Shown: positions 19,690 through 31,154 of the stretch, one piece after another
Layout of the letters: each line of letters opens with the position of its first letter
How positions within the stretch are numbered: position 1 is the stretch's first letter
Source: an uncultured Gemmatimonadaceae bacterium
GTDB lineage: Bacteria; Gemmatimonadota; Gemmatimonadetes; Gemmatimonadales; Gemmatimonadaceae
Direction: 5' to 3'
Assembly (NCBI GenBank): GCA_963822945.1
Contig: CAWGJO010000013.1
Coordinates: 1-47,619 of the forward strand
Length of the DNA: 47,619 nt
Notes under the pieces: model-generated
The model's input: only the letters and a program-made list of their open reading frames with translations
Told to the model about the DNA's origin: nothing
Database searches by the model: none
Position numbers and translations under genes: made by a program

Positions 19690-20754
19690 CTAGATCCGTA
19701 CCCCCGGCAGCAGCGCTCCCGCCGCAAGGCCGGCCACGTACAACCACCCGAACAACCGGTTGTGCACCAGGCACACCCGGTGGTACCAGAGCGGCCAGCC
19801 CACGTAGCCCGCCGGCGGTTCGCTCGGCGCCGGCGCCGACATCACGCGCACGGCACGCCAGGCGCGCGGCCACGCGAGCAGCACCAACAGCGCGAATGGG
19901 GTGAGCACCCGCAGCGCCACGCCGGCCACGATGACCAGGTACATCGCGATCACCGCGCCGCGGTTGAGAACCCGCGCCCACCGCTCGCCGAGTACCACCG
20001 GCAGCGTCCGCTGGTGCTGCCCGGCGTCGAACTGCCGCTGATCGATGTGCTTGCCCACGAGAATCGACATCACGCCGAGTCCGTAGGGAACGGACGCCAG
20101 CAGCGCGGCGCCCGACGCATGCCCCGTGATCACGAAGTACCCGCCCGCCACCATCAACGGGCCCCACACGACGAACGACGCCAGTTCGCCGAGTCCGAGC
20201 TCCTTGAGCGCCAGCGGGGCGGCATCGTACGCCCAGAGCAGCAGCGCGCCGGCGGCCACGAGCAGCACGGCATCGCGTCCGCGCAGCTCGATGAAGTACG
20301 CGCCGATCGCCACTGCGATCGCCGCCAGGACCAGCAGCCCGGTCACGAGGAGCCGGGAGCTCACCGCGCCGCTCAACAGCGGATGCACCGTGTACCGTCG
20401 CCGCGGCGAGTCATCGGTGTCGTGTCCCCGGCGGGCGCCGAAATAGTCGTTGGAGAGGTTGCTGATCATGTGCAGCACCACGTAGCCAACGAGCACGAGC
20501 GCAAAGGGCACCGCCGAGAAGCGGCGGTCGGTGAGCGCGAGCAGCCCGGCCAGCAGCGCCGCCTGGAAGGAGATCACGAGAATCACGCTGCGCGCCGAAT
20601 ACAGGAACCGCGCCACGGGATCGAGGCTGGCCATATCCTCGGCCGTCGGCGGATAGAACCCGGTGAAGGCGCGCGCCCACTCGCGGGGGCCGCGGCTCGT
20701 CGGCCGGCGGCCGGAGGGTACGGCGGCACGTTGTCCGCTGGACGATGCAGTCAT
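19690..20754 (-). CDS. UbiA-superfamily prenyltransferase (MenA-like)
   Basis: About 9 TM segments, NLSNDYF..RRGHD, Y..PLALK..GLGE, D..Q.TLPVVLG. Confidence 0.8.
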   Translation of the reverse strand: MTASSSGQRAAVPSGRRPTSRGPREWARAFTGFYPPTAEDMASLDPVARFLYSARSVILVISFQAALLAGLLALTDRRFSAVPFALVLVGYVVLHMISNLSNDYFGARRGHDTDDSPRRRYTVHPLLSGAVSSRLLVTGLLVLAAIAVAIGAYFIELRGRDAVLLVAAGALLLWAYDAAPLALKELGLGELASFVVWGPLMVAGGYFVITGHASGAALLASVPYGLGVMSILVGKHIDQRQFDAGQHQRTLPVVLGERWARVLNRGAVIAMYLVIVAGVALRVLTPFALLVLLAWPRAWRAVRVMSAPAPSEPPAGYVGWPLWYHRVCLVHNRLFGWLYVAGLAAGALLPGVRI

Positions 20755-20828
20755 GCGATTGAAGTCCGTCGTTAAAGGTGCCGGGAAACGGCGCGTCCAC
20801 GCGCCCATCCGCCCCGGTCCTGATGCTC

Positions 20829-20834
20829 TATAAT
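20829..20834 (+). promoter_or_regulatory. Consensus -10 box (TATAAT) upstream of the ROK kinase
   Basis: Perfect TATAAT in an AT-rich patch 27 nt before ATG 20862. Confidence 0.55.
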
Positions 20835-20861
20835 ACAAATGACTCTCACCCGGTTCCGCAC

Positions 20862-21605
20862 ATGGCCAGACCACGCCGCGCCCCATCCGCTGCTCGCAAA
20901 TCTCCCCGCACGCTCGCCCTCGACATCGGCGGCACAGGGCTCAAGGCCACCGTGCTCGATGCCAGGGGCCGCATGCTGGTGGACCGCGTGCGGGTGAAGA
21001 CGCCCGACCCCGCGCCCCCCGACGTGATGGTCGATGCGCTCGTGAAGCTGGTGAAGCCGCTGCCGCGTTACGACCGGATCTCGGCGGGCTTCCCCGGCGT
21101 GGTGCGCGACGGGCGCGTGCTCACCGCGCCCCACTGGGGAAACGACATCTGGAAGGGCTTTCCGTTGGCCGACACGCTGCGCCGCCGGCTGGGCAAGCCG
21201 GCGCGCGTGCTCAACGATGCCGACGTCCAGGGCTACGGCGCCGTGAAGGGGAAGGGGCTCGAGTTCGTGATCACGCTGGGCACCGGCATGGGTTCGGCGC
21301 TCTTCCGCGACGGCGAGCTGATGCCGCACATGGAGTTCGCGCAGTTCCCCTTCCGCAAGCACAAGACGTTCAACGACTACGTGGGCGACGCCGAGCTGAA
21401 GAAGCACAGCAAGAAGAAGTGGAACAAGCACGTGGCCACGGTGATCGACGCGTTCCGTGTGCTGCTCAACTTCGACGTGCTGTACATCGGCGGTGGAAAC
21501 GCTCGGCACGTGAAGCTCGATCTTCCGGACGACGTGAAGCTGGTGTCGAACGCCGACGGGTTGACGGGCGGGGTGCGGCTCTGGGGTAGGTCGGTAGGTC
21601 GGTAG
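20862..21605 (+). CDS. ppgK: ROK family polyphosphate glucokinase-like sugar kinase
   Basis: LALDIGGTGLKA, GFPGVV, LNDADVQG, ITLGTGMGSALF, LYIGGGN. Confidence 0.8.
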   Translation: MARPRRAPSAARKSPRTLALDIGGTGLKATVLDARGRMLVDRVRVKTPDPAPPDVMVDALVKLVKPLPRYDRISAGFPGVVRDGRVLTAPHWGNDIWKGFPLADTLRRRLGKPARVLNDADVQGYGAVKGKGLEFVITLGTGMGSALFRDGELMPHMEFAQFPFRKHKTFNDYVGDAELKKHSKKKWNKHVATVIDAFRVLLNFDVLYIGGGNARHVKLDLPDDVKLVSNADGLTGGVRLWGRSVGR

Positions 21606-21634
21606 GTCGGTAGGTCGGTAGGTCGGTAGGTCGG
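21585..21634 (+). repeat. Octamer tandem array (GGTAGGTC)x6
   Basis: Six exact copies overlapping the ppgK 3' end. Confidence 0.95.
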
Positions 21635-21658
21635 GGGGCGCGAGCTGGCCGCATGGCG

Positions 21659-21692
21659 CATGTGTCACGGATAGGCTACATTGTAACACATG
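21659..21692 (+). promoter_or_regulatory. TA promoter/operator: inverted repeat around a -10 box
   Basis: CATGTGTCAC-14 nt-GTAACACATG (9/10 inverted match); TACATT 7 nt before the ATG. Confidence 0.6.
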
Positions 21693-21980
21693 AAAGACTC
21701 ACACCTGACGCTGCGACTGCCGGCCGATCTCGCCCGCGCCCTGGACCGGCGCGCCGGCGAGCGCGATCTGGGCCGGTCGCAACTCGTGCGCGAGGCGGTA
21801 ACGGCGTACCTCTCGGGGGCGGCGGCCACTTCCAGCGCGCGCGTCATGCCGTCGGGGCGCGAGCTGGCCGAACGCTGGGCCGCACTCCCGCGGCTGAGTG
21901 ACGACGAGGCGACGGCACTCGGAAACGACATCGATGCGGCGCGCCGTGCGCTGCCCGCGCCCGAGGACGGCTGGAAGTGA
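21690..21980 (+). CDS. vapB: Ribbon-helix-helix (CopG-like) antitoxin
   Basis: LTLRLPADLARALDRRA..RSQLVREAVTAYL; GTGA overlap with the PIN gene. Confidence 0.75.
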   Translation: MKDSHLTLRLPADLARALDRRAGERDLGRSQLVREAVTAYLSGAAATSSARVMPSGRELAERWAALPRLSDDEATALGNDIDAARRALPAPEDGWK

Positions 21981-22387
21981 TTCTCGACAGTTCGGTCATC
22001 GTCGCCGCGGAGCGGGGTGCGTTCGACATGGAAGCACTCCTCCGGTCGGTGGGGGACGAACCGGTGGCCATGGCGGCTATCTCCGCGTCGGAATTGTTGT
22101 ACGGGTGCCTTCGCGCGACCACGCCGGCCGCTCGCGCGCGACGATTCGCATTCGTCGAGGCCGTCCTCGACCTGGTCCCGTCAATTCCGTTCGGACTCAC
22201 CGAGGCCCGTCGCCACGCCGAACTGTGGGAGCATCTCTCGCGTCGCGGGCGGATGATCGGGCCGCACGACCTGATGATCGGAGCGACGGCCGTGGCCAAC
22301 GGGCACCGGCTCGCCACGCTGAACGCGGGCGAATTCCGTCGCGTGCCGGGCCTGACCCTGGTCGCCTTGCGAGCGTTCGCCCGCTGA
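21977..22387 (+). CDS. vapC: PIN-domain ribonuclease toxin (VapC family)
   Basis: MILDSSVIV, SELLYG, IGPHDLMIGATA, LATLNAGEFRRVPGL. Confidence 0.9.
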   Translation: MILDSSVIVAAERGAFDMEALLRSVGDEPVAMAAISASELLYGCLRATTPAARARRFAFVEAVLDLVPSIPFGLTEARRHAELWEHLSRRGRMIGPHDLMIGATAVANGHRLATLNAGEFRRVPGLTLVALRAFAR

Positions 22388-22400
22388 CGCCCGTGGAGGA

Positions 22401-22440
22401 TTGACGCCGGCCGCCGGGACGCCTATATGTAGACCGTCTA
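22401..22440 (+). promoter_or_regulatory. PadR promoter with palindromic operator
   Basis: TTGACG-17 nt-TATATG followed by the perfect palindrome TAGAC-C-GTCTA (22430-22440). Confidence 0.6.
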
Positions 22441-22458
22441 ACTGTGGACGATCTGACT

Positions 22459-22800
22459 ATGGCCCCCGCTGGTACCCGACGCTCCGACCTCCTGCTGGGC
22501 ACCCTCGACATGCTGGTGCTCAAGACGCTCACGCTCGGCCCGCTGCATGGCTACGCCATCGCTCAGCACATTGCAAAGTCGTCCGACGGCGTGTTGCAGG
22601 TGGAGCAGGGATCGCTCTACCCAGCACTCGAGCGCCTGCTCAACAAGGGACACGTCACCGCCAGGTGGCAGCTGAGTCCCACCAAGCGCCGCGCCCGCTA
22701 CTACACCATCACGGCCTCGGGCCGCAAGCAGCTCGGTGAGGCGCTGTCGGGCTACGACCGCGTGTCGTTGGCCATCGCGCAGGTGCTCGGTCGTGCGTGA
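22459..22800 (+). CDS. PadR family transcriptional regulator (acidobacterial type)
   Basis: LLLGTLDMLVLKTL..GPLHGYAI, VEQGSLYPALERL, RRARYYTITASG. Confidence 0.92.
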   Translation: MAPAGTRRSDLLLGTLDMLVLKTLTLGPLHGYAIAQHIAKSSDGVLQVEQGSLYPALERLLNKGHVTARWQLSPTKRRARYYTITASGRKQLGEALSGYDRVSLAIAQVLGRA

Positions 22801-22853
22801 GCGCATGCTCGGCGGCGGCGGCGGCGCGGCCGGCGCGGGGCGGGGCTGAGCCC

Positions 22854-25493
<2,640 letters not shown>

Positions 25494-25564
25494 GGGCCGA
25501 CGCGATGCGCGCCGGCCGCTTCAACGCCGGCGTCCGATATCACTTCCGACGATAGGGAACCGGG

Positions 25565-26368
25565 CTACCGCCCGGCCTTCTGGTTTCCCCAGAACACGTG
25601 CCGTCCCAGAATCAGCTTGGCGATCAGGTGGTCGGTGGCCGGCGTGGTGCCCACGCCGAGGCCGAAGTTGATCTCCCACACCGGACTCACGTTGAGATCG
25701 AAGGCGCCGAAGAACTGGTGCTGCTGGTCGCGCATCGGCGCGAAGCCGCTCACCGAGCCGTACGATCCGTAGTACTCGAAGCCGCCGGCCACCTTGGGCG
25801 TGATGGTGTAGGCCACCTTGGCGCTCGGCGCAAAGCCCACACCCTCGCTCACGCCGGGGCCCTTCCACGTGCGCTCGAACGCCGGGTTGATGGCCCAGTA
25901 CCAGGGGCCGATGGTCTGGTCGATGATCGGGCGGATCTCCCAGTTCCAACTGTCTTCGGAGAACCGCGTGCGCTGGTAGCCGAATTCGGTGGACAGGCTC
26001 ACGCCCACCGGCCAGTGCCACGAATCGGGCACGCGCACGCGGGGACGGATGTGATCGCCCACCCACTGCACGCCCTGTCCGTTGCGCGCGCTGGTGAAGA
26101 TGTAGAAGCCCACCTCCGCCCAGTCGTTGATCCCCTGCGTGATCTCGATGGTCTCGTGCTCGGCGTGTTCGGTGGGATACATGCCGTCGAGAAAGCTCTT
26201 GCGGCCGTCGAAGGTGAAGTTGCTGTGCAACTCGAACATCGTGCTGTGCGGCTCGACGGTCGGCGCGCCGTACACCTGGATCTCGTAGTTGTCCTGGGCG
26301 CGGACGCCGGCGGCGGCGGTGGCGAGGGCAGCAAGGGCGAGGCAACAGGCGCGGGCAACTGATCTCAT
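25565..26368 (-). CDS. Secreted protein, probable outer-membrane beta-barrel
   Basis: Signal peptide then QDNYEIQVY; alternating aromatic/hydrophobic strands (AKVAY, GFEYYG, WEINFGLG, KLILG). Confidence 0.6.
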   Translation of the reverse strand: MRSVARACCLALAALATAAAGVRAQDNYEIQVYGAPTVEPHSTMFELHSNFTFDGRKSFLDGMYPTEHAEHETIEITQGINDWAEVGFYIFTSARNGQGVQWVGDHIRPRVRVPDSWHWPVGVSLSTEFGYQRTRFSEDSWNWEIRPIIDQTIGPWYWAINPAFERTWKGPGVSEGVGFAPSAKVAYTITPKVAGGFEYYGSYGSVSGFAPMRDQQHQFFGAFDLNVSPVWEINFGLGVGTTPATDHLIAKLILGRHVFWGNQKAGR

Positions 26369-26478
26369 CAACGGGGCTCCGGTAAGGCGGTGGAGGACCA
26401 ACGTACCGCATGACGGGCGGGCGTGCCATCGGGAGCGAAGGGGGTGGGCTCCCGTCGTTCCATACGCGCGCGCGCCGC

Positions 26479-26892
26479 TCAGGCGCTGGCCGTTCGCCGC
26501 GAATGCCGCCAGGCGTCCACGCTCCACGGGCCGCCGCCGGTAACGGAGATATACAGCCAGAGGAAGCAGAACAGCACCGCCAGCTCGCCGTGATTGAGAA
26601 TGGGCCAGAAGCCGGCCTTCGCGTGCATCTTGAAATACGCCACCGCCATCTCGCCCGACAGCACGAAGGCGACGGGACGCGTGAACAGGCCCAGAAAGAG
26701 CAGCGACCCGCCGAAGGTCTCGAGAAGGCCGGCGATGCCGAACCACGAGACCAGGTGGAAGGGCGGGGCCTGCCCGGCGCCCGGCAGGCCGAACAGCTTC
26801 TGTGTGCCGTGGGCGATGAAGACGAAGGCGGCCATGATGCGCAGTACGCTGAGCAGCCGCGGGGACCAGCGAGAGGAGAAGGAATCGGTCAT
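26479..26892 (-). CDS. DoxX family membrane protein
   Basis: LRIMAAFVFIAHGTQKLFG, GLFTRPVAFVLSGEMAVAYF, GGGPWSVD. Confidence 0.9.
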   Translation of the reverse strand: MTDSFSSRWSPRLLSVLRIMAAFVFIAHGTQKLFGLPGAGQAPPFHLVSWFGIAGLLETFGGSLLFLGLFTRPVAFVLSGEMAVAYFKMHAKAGFWPILNHGELAVLFCFLWLYISVTGGGPWSVDAWRHSRRTASA

Positions 26893-27084
26893 GATCACCA
26901 AGATCGTGTGTGAGAAGGCGCGTCGGGCTGGTAAACCCCGAAAACACGGCGCAGAGTTCCGCCGGAGACCGGGGCGCCCGACGTTCATCGAAGCCACGCC
27001 CGCCGGAGAAACAGGCAGGTCCGGTGCCCCGTATATGCTGGTAAATTCCGGAACCAACCCTCCCTCTCGTGCGCGGAGCAGCCG

Positions 27085-27375
27085 ATGAATTCCAGCCAGA
27101 CTTTCGTGCTCCTCATGACCACAGTCATCTGCTCGACGATCGCGTTCTTCGGCATCCTCCGCGCGGTCGTCGGACGATTCGGCAAGAAGAAGAGCAGCGG
27201 ATCCGAACTCCCACGCGACCTCACCGAGCGCCTGGGCCGCATGGAGCAGGGCATCGACGCCATTGCCATCGAAGTGGAGCGCGTGTCCGAAGCCCAGCGC
27301 TTCGTCACCAAGCTCCTGGCCGAGCGCAAGGCGCCGGCGGCGTCGATTCCCGAACGCGTGATCACGCCGCATTGA
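27085..27375 (+). CDS. Small single-TM coiled-coil protein, unknown function
   Basis: GGAG RBS, N-terminal TM, RLGRMEQGIDAIAIEVERVSEAQRFVTKLL coiled coil. Confidence 0.7.
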   Translation: MNSSQTFVLLMTTVICSTIAFFGILRAVVGRFGKKKSSGSELPRDLTERLGRMEQGIDAIAIEVERVSEAQRFVTKLLAERKAPAASIPERVITPH

Positions 27376-27824
27376 TGGAGACGCTCGGCGTAGATGCGCT
27401 GCAGGAGCTGCTGCCGCATCGTTATCCCTTTCTGCTGGTCGACCGGATCGAGGTGGTCGAGCCGGCGCGTCACGTGATCGGCTACAAGCGCATCACGGCG
27501 GGCGAATGGTGGATGGACGGCGTGGTGCCGGGCCGGCGCCCCGCGCCGGCAATGCCGCACACGCTGGTGCTGGAGGCCCTGGCGCAGGCCAGCGGTGCGC
27601 TCGTCCGCGATCTGCTCGACGGTGCCGGCAGTGCGCTGGCCTATTTCATGGGCGCCGACCGGGTGCGCCTGCGCGCCCCCGCCGCCGTGGGCGACGAGTT
27701 GGCTCTGGACGTCACGCTGATCAAGTGGCGCCGCGGCATCTGCCGCACCCGCGGGGTGGCGAGCGTCGCCGGGGTCACGGTCGTATCCGCCGAGTTGACC
27801 ACGGTCGTTCGAGCGCGCCAGTAG
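27375..27824 (+). CDS. FabZ-like hotdog-fold protein (atypical active site)
   Basis: LLPHRYPFLLVDRI, MP..LVLEALAQ; TGATG coupling with the upstream gene. Confidence 0.75.
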   Translation: METLGVDALQELLPHRYPFLLVDRIEVVEPARHVIGYKRITAGEWWMDGVVPGRRPAPAMPHTLVLEALAQASGALVRDLLDGAGSALAYFMGADRVRLRAPAAVGDELALDVTLIKWRRGICRTRGVASVAGVTVVSAELTTVVRARQ

Positions 27825-27855
27825 CCGGGAACGGACGGCGGTCAGCGGCCAGCGA

Positions 27856-28437
27856 TCAGTCGCGAGCTTCCAGCCGCGACTCGATCCGCCGGTCAGGCAC
27901 GATCCAGATCAGCGCCACCACCACGAACAGGGCATCCGAGATCCACGGCCGTACGAACGCGAGCGGGATCGCCGCGACGTAGAACACCTCGGAGGCGCGC
28001 TCCTTGAGGCTGCGCGTGGTCGCCTGCGCGAGCAGCGAGTCGGGCCCATGCAGCGACACGAGGCTGCGCTGCAGCACGTGGTACGACACCGCCGCCATCA
28101 GCAGCACCACCCCGTATACCGCGGTCGGCCAACTCGCAAAGTGGTTGCCGCCCATCCACCAGGTGGCGAAGGGCACGAGGGACAGCCAGAAGAGCAGCAG
28201 CAGATTGGCCCACAGCACCCTGCCGTTCACGCGGTCCACTGCGCGCAGCATGTGATGGTGGTTGGTCCAGTAGATGCCGAGGTAGGCGAAGCTGAGCACG
28301 TAGGCCAGGAAGAGCGGGATCAGGGGGCGCAGCGCCGCGAGCGTGGTTCCCTCCGGCGGCCGGAGTTCCAGCACCATGATCGTGATCAGGATGGCGATCA
28401 CCCCATCCGTGAACGCTTCGAGACGTTCCTTGGTCAT
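27856..28437 (-). CDS. TMEM175 family potassium channel
   Basis: RLEAFTDGVIAILITIMVLEL, YVLSF..GIYWTNHHH, WANLLLLFWLSLVPF, WIVPDRRIE. Confidence 0.92.
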   Translation of the reverse strand: MTKERLEAFTDGVIAILITIMVLELRPPEGTTLAALRPLIPLFLAYVLSFAYLGIYWTNHHHMLRAVDRVNGRVLWANLLLLFWLSLVPFATWWMGGNHFASWPTAVYGVVLLMAAVSYHVLQRSLVSLHGPDSLLAQATTRSLKERASEVFYVAAIPLAFVRPWISDALFVVVALIWIVPDRRIESRLEARD

Positions 28438-28528
28438 CGTGACTCCGAAAAGGCTTGACGCCGTTCAGAAGGTATCCAATGGTAGAGGCGTCCGGTTACG
28501 GACGCAGTGCTTTCGCCTGTTTCACAGC

Positions 28529-28649
28529 CCGCCGTTTCCGCCGTTCTCGCTGTTTCCGCCGATGTCGACTGTCTGACTGTCCGCTGTCCGACTGTCCGAC
28601 TGTCCGACTGTCTGACTGTCGTCTGTCCGACTGTCCGACTGTCCGACTG
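28529..28649 (-). repeat. Octamer array (GTCGGACA on minus strand, about 10 imperfect units) plus 9-mer CCGCCGTTT-type units
   Basis: tgtccgac/tgtctgac units at 28563-28649; ccgccgttt ccgccgttc tcgctgttt ccgccgatg at 28529-28564. Confidence 0.9.
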
Positions 28650-28685
28650 CCCTCCATCCCCCCTCACCCCCCCGGAGGCCCCCCA

Positions 28686-29246
28686 ATGGTCGCGCTTGCT
28701 CAGCTCTGGCTCCCCATCGTGCTGTCCGCGGTGATCGTGTTCGTGGTGAGCTCCATCATTCACATGGCCTTGCCCTGGCACAAGGGCGACTACGCGCAGG
28801 TGCCCGACGAGGACAAGCTCATGGACGCGGTGCGTCCGTTCAACATTCCGCCCGGCGACTACATGGTTCCGCGGCCCGGCGACATGGCGGACCTGCGGAG
28901 CGAGGCGTTCAAGCAGAAGATGGAGCGCGGACCCAAGCTCGTGATGACGGTGATGCCCAACGGTTCGCCGGGCATGGGTTCGAACCTCATCCAATGGTTC
29001 GTCTACGGCATCGTGATCGCCATCTTCTCGGGATACATCGCCGGGCACGCGCTCGGCGCGGGCGCCGACTACCTGCAGGTCTTCCGCTTCGTGGGCGCCA
29101 CCGCATTCCTGGCCTACGGCATGGCGCTCTGGCAGTACTCCATCTGGTACCGCCGCAGCTGGATGATCACCGTCAAGGCGAACATCGACGCGCTCATCTA
29201 TGCCTGCCTGATGGCGGGCACCTTCGGCTGGCTCTGGCCCAAGTAG
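28686..29246 (+). CDS. Conserved hypothetical membrane protein
   Basis: GGAGG RBS, about 4 TM segments, LWLPIVLSAVIVFVVSSIIHM..WHKGDY, ends FGWLWPK. Confidence 0.75.
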   Translation: MVALAQLWLPIVLSAVIVFVVSSIIHMALPWHKGDYAQVPDEDKLMDAVRPFNIPPGDYMVPRPGDMADLRSEAFKQKMERGPKLVMTVMPNGSPGMGSNLIQWFVYGIVIAIFSGYIAGHALGAGADYLQVFRFVGATAFLAYGMALWQYSIWYRRSWMITVKANIDALIYACLMAGTFGWLWPK

Positions 29247-29270
29247 CGCGCCGGCAGTGGCCGCCACGAA

Positions 29271-29304
29271 AGAGCCGGGCGCTCCGTGAGGGGCGCCCGG
29301 CTCT
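29271..29304 (-). terminator. Intrinsic terminator between convergent genes
   Basis: AGAGCCGGGCGCTCC-gtga-GGGGCGCCCGGCTCT stem with a short U run on the minus strand. Confidence 0.6.
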
Positions 29305-29326
29305 CGTCATGCGGAGGACGGCGCGG

Positions 29327-30684
29327 CTACATGTGCAGCGTGTCGCGCGCCGCGCCCTTGGTCGTGATGATGATGACGCCGTTCAGCGCGGCGGGTCCGT
29401 ACTTGGCCGTGGCCTTGTTGCCCTTGAGTACTTCGACGCTCGCGATCCGGCTCGGCGTGAGCTTGGCCAGGATTGCCTTCACGTTGGCGCCCATCGTCGA
29501 GCCGTCCGCCGGGCGCACGCGCAGTTGCGCGCCCTTCACGGTGGCGCGCTCATTGGCCGTCTGGACGGAGTCCTTCGTCGAAGCCGGGTGCGCTGTCCCG
29601 TCGCCGGCGGCCTGCGCACGGCTGGCCACGAGCTTCGCTTCGAGCGCGGCGGTGGTGTCGAACGTGCCCGCCGAGGCGCCGCCGTTCTGCCGCACTCCGT
29701 CGACGATCACCAGCGGGTCGGTAGACTGACCGGCCGCCGCCACTTCACGCGACGCCGCGGGCGCCGGCGGCCCGGCGATGCGCTGCGGAGACGGCGTCTC
29801 ACAGGCCGCGAACACGAGTACCGCGACCGCGGCGGTTCCGATGAATGCTTTCATACCACGCCTCCGCGGCTCGGGCCGCATCAGATGTTGAACCCTCGAC
29901 CCCAGCCCCGACGCGCCCAGCAGCGCCGCCGACGGAAGCCAACTCACGCGCGCCTCGCTCCAGGCGCCGAGCAGAATCTGCGCGTACCCGCCGCGGTCCA
30001 CGCCGCGCGCCAGTACGCGTTCGTCACAGTCGAACTCCACCGCCAACCGCAGCCCGCGCCACGCCATCCACACGCCCGGGTTCCACGGCATCAGCACCAC
30101 CGCCAGCAGTCCGGCCACGAGCAGCGCCGGATCGCGCGTGCGTTGATGCTCGCGCTCGTGTGCCACGATGGCCTGCTGCGCCGCCTCGTCGAGCCCCAGC
30201 ACCCAGCGCGGAATCACCACGCGGGGACGCAGCACGCCCACCGCCGCCGGCCCCAACGAATCGGAGAGGCCCACACGAGCACCGCTCACCACGCCGTCCT
30301 CCACGCTGCGGTGCTCGCGGGCCAGCCGCGCGAACGCGAACAACAGCAGTGCCGCGAGCGCCGCCGAGGCCGTCGCCCACGCCACCACCAGCCCGCGCTC
30401 CACGGCGGGGGAAACCGGCGGCAGCGTGAAGGCGGGGGCCGCCGGCGGGGCGGGACGCACCACCGCCGCGGACACGCCGGTGCGAACGGCCACGCCGACC
30501 ACGGCAGGCGCGCCCGGTACAAGCCAGACCGCGGACACGGCGAAGGTCGCAACGAGCGCGCCCGCCCAGATCCATCGCAGCGGCACGCCACGGTAGAGCG
30601 CGAACACGCGCTGCGCGGCTGCGGCGCCGGCGGCGAACAGCAGGCCGCCACGATCGTGGCCTCGATCATCCACGCGGCGATCAT
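29327..30684 (-). CDS. BlaR1/MecR1-like M56 metallopeptidase with C-terminal TonB-receptor plug-like domain; frameshift near 30650
   Basis: GPAAVGVLRPRVVIPRW, AHEREH, PWNP..W, EFDCDERVL; C-terminal PLVIVDGV and IASVEVLKG..YG..ALNGVIIITTK; ATGA overlap with blaI. Confidence 0.85.
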
Positions 30685-31055
30685 TGCTTGGCCTCCTTCA
30701 GCCGCTCGTTCACCAGCTTCTTCAGCCGGCGCAGCTCTTCCTCGTCAATCGACTCGTCCGAGAGCAGCCCGGCCACCAACAGCTCGCGCGAGCCGTGGTA
30801 CACCTTGTCCAGCAGCCGGCCCAGCGCGCTCGTGCCGGCGTCGTCCTGCTGCGTGAGGGCGTAGTAGCGAAATCCCTTGCCCTCCTGCTCGTGCCGCACG
30901 TGCCCCTTGGCCTCCAGCGTGCGCAGGATGGTGAGCACGGTGGGGTAGGCCAGGTCGTCGGCAATGCCGTCGCGGGCTTCGGCCACGGTGGCCGAGCCGT
31001 GCTTCCAGAGCACGGACATGACGTCGAGTTCTCGGCGGGTGAGCGGTGCGGCCAC
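30681..31055 (-). CDS. BlaI/MecI/CopY family repressor
   Basis: LTRRELDVMSVLW, LAYPTVLTILRTLEAKGHV; AGGAG upstream of GTG 31055. Confidence 0.92.
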   Translation of the reverse strand: MAAPLTRRELDVMSVLWKHGSATVAEARDGIADDLAYPTVLTILRTLEAKGHVRHEQEGKGFRYYALTQQDDAGTSALGRLLDKVYHGSRELLVAGLLSDESIDEEELRRLKKLVNERLKEAKQ

Positions 31056-31063
31056 ACAGTCTC

Positions 31064-31081
31064 CTATTAGCTTTGTAATAG
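31064..31081 (-). promoter_or_regulatory. Putative BlaI operator
   Basis: CTATTA-6 nt-TAATAG inverted repeat containing TACA, downstream of TTGACG (31110-31105). Confidence 0.6.
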
Positions 31082-31154
31082 ATAATTGCACCCGGCCGCC
31101 GTTTCGTCAAGTGCGGGTTTCTGCCCGCCCCGCCGGGCGTGGTAGCTTCCCCGT

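Noticed and set aside
28455..28685. Repeat-encoded N-terminal extension (LSDCPTVR) of the membrane protein
   Set aside because: A good GGAGG RBS precedes ATG 28686; the upstream frame is translated repeat.
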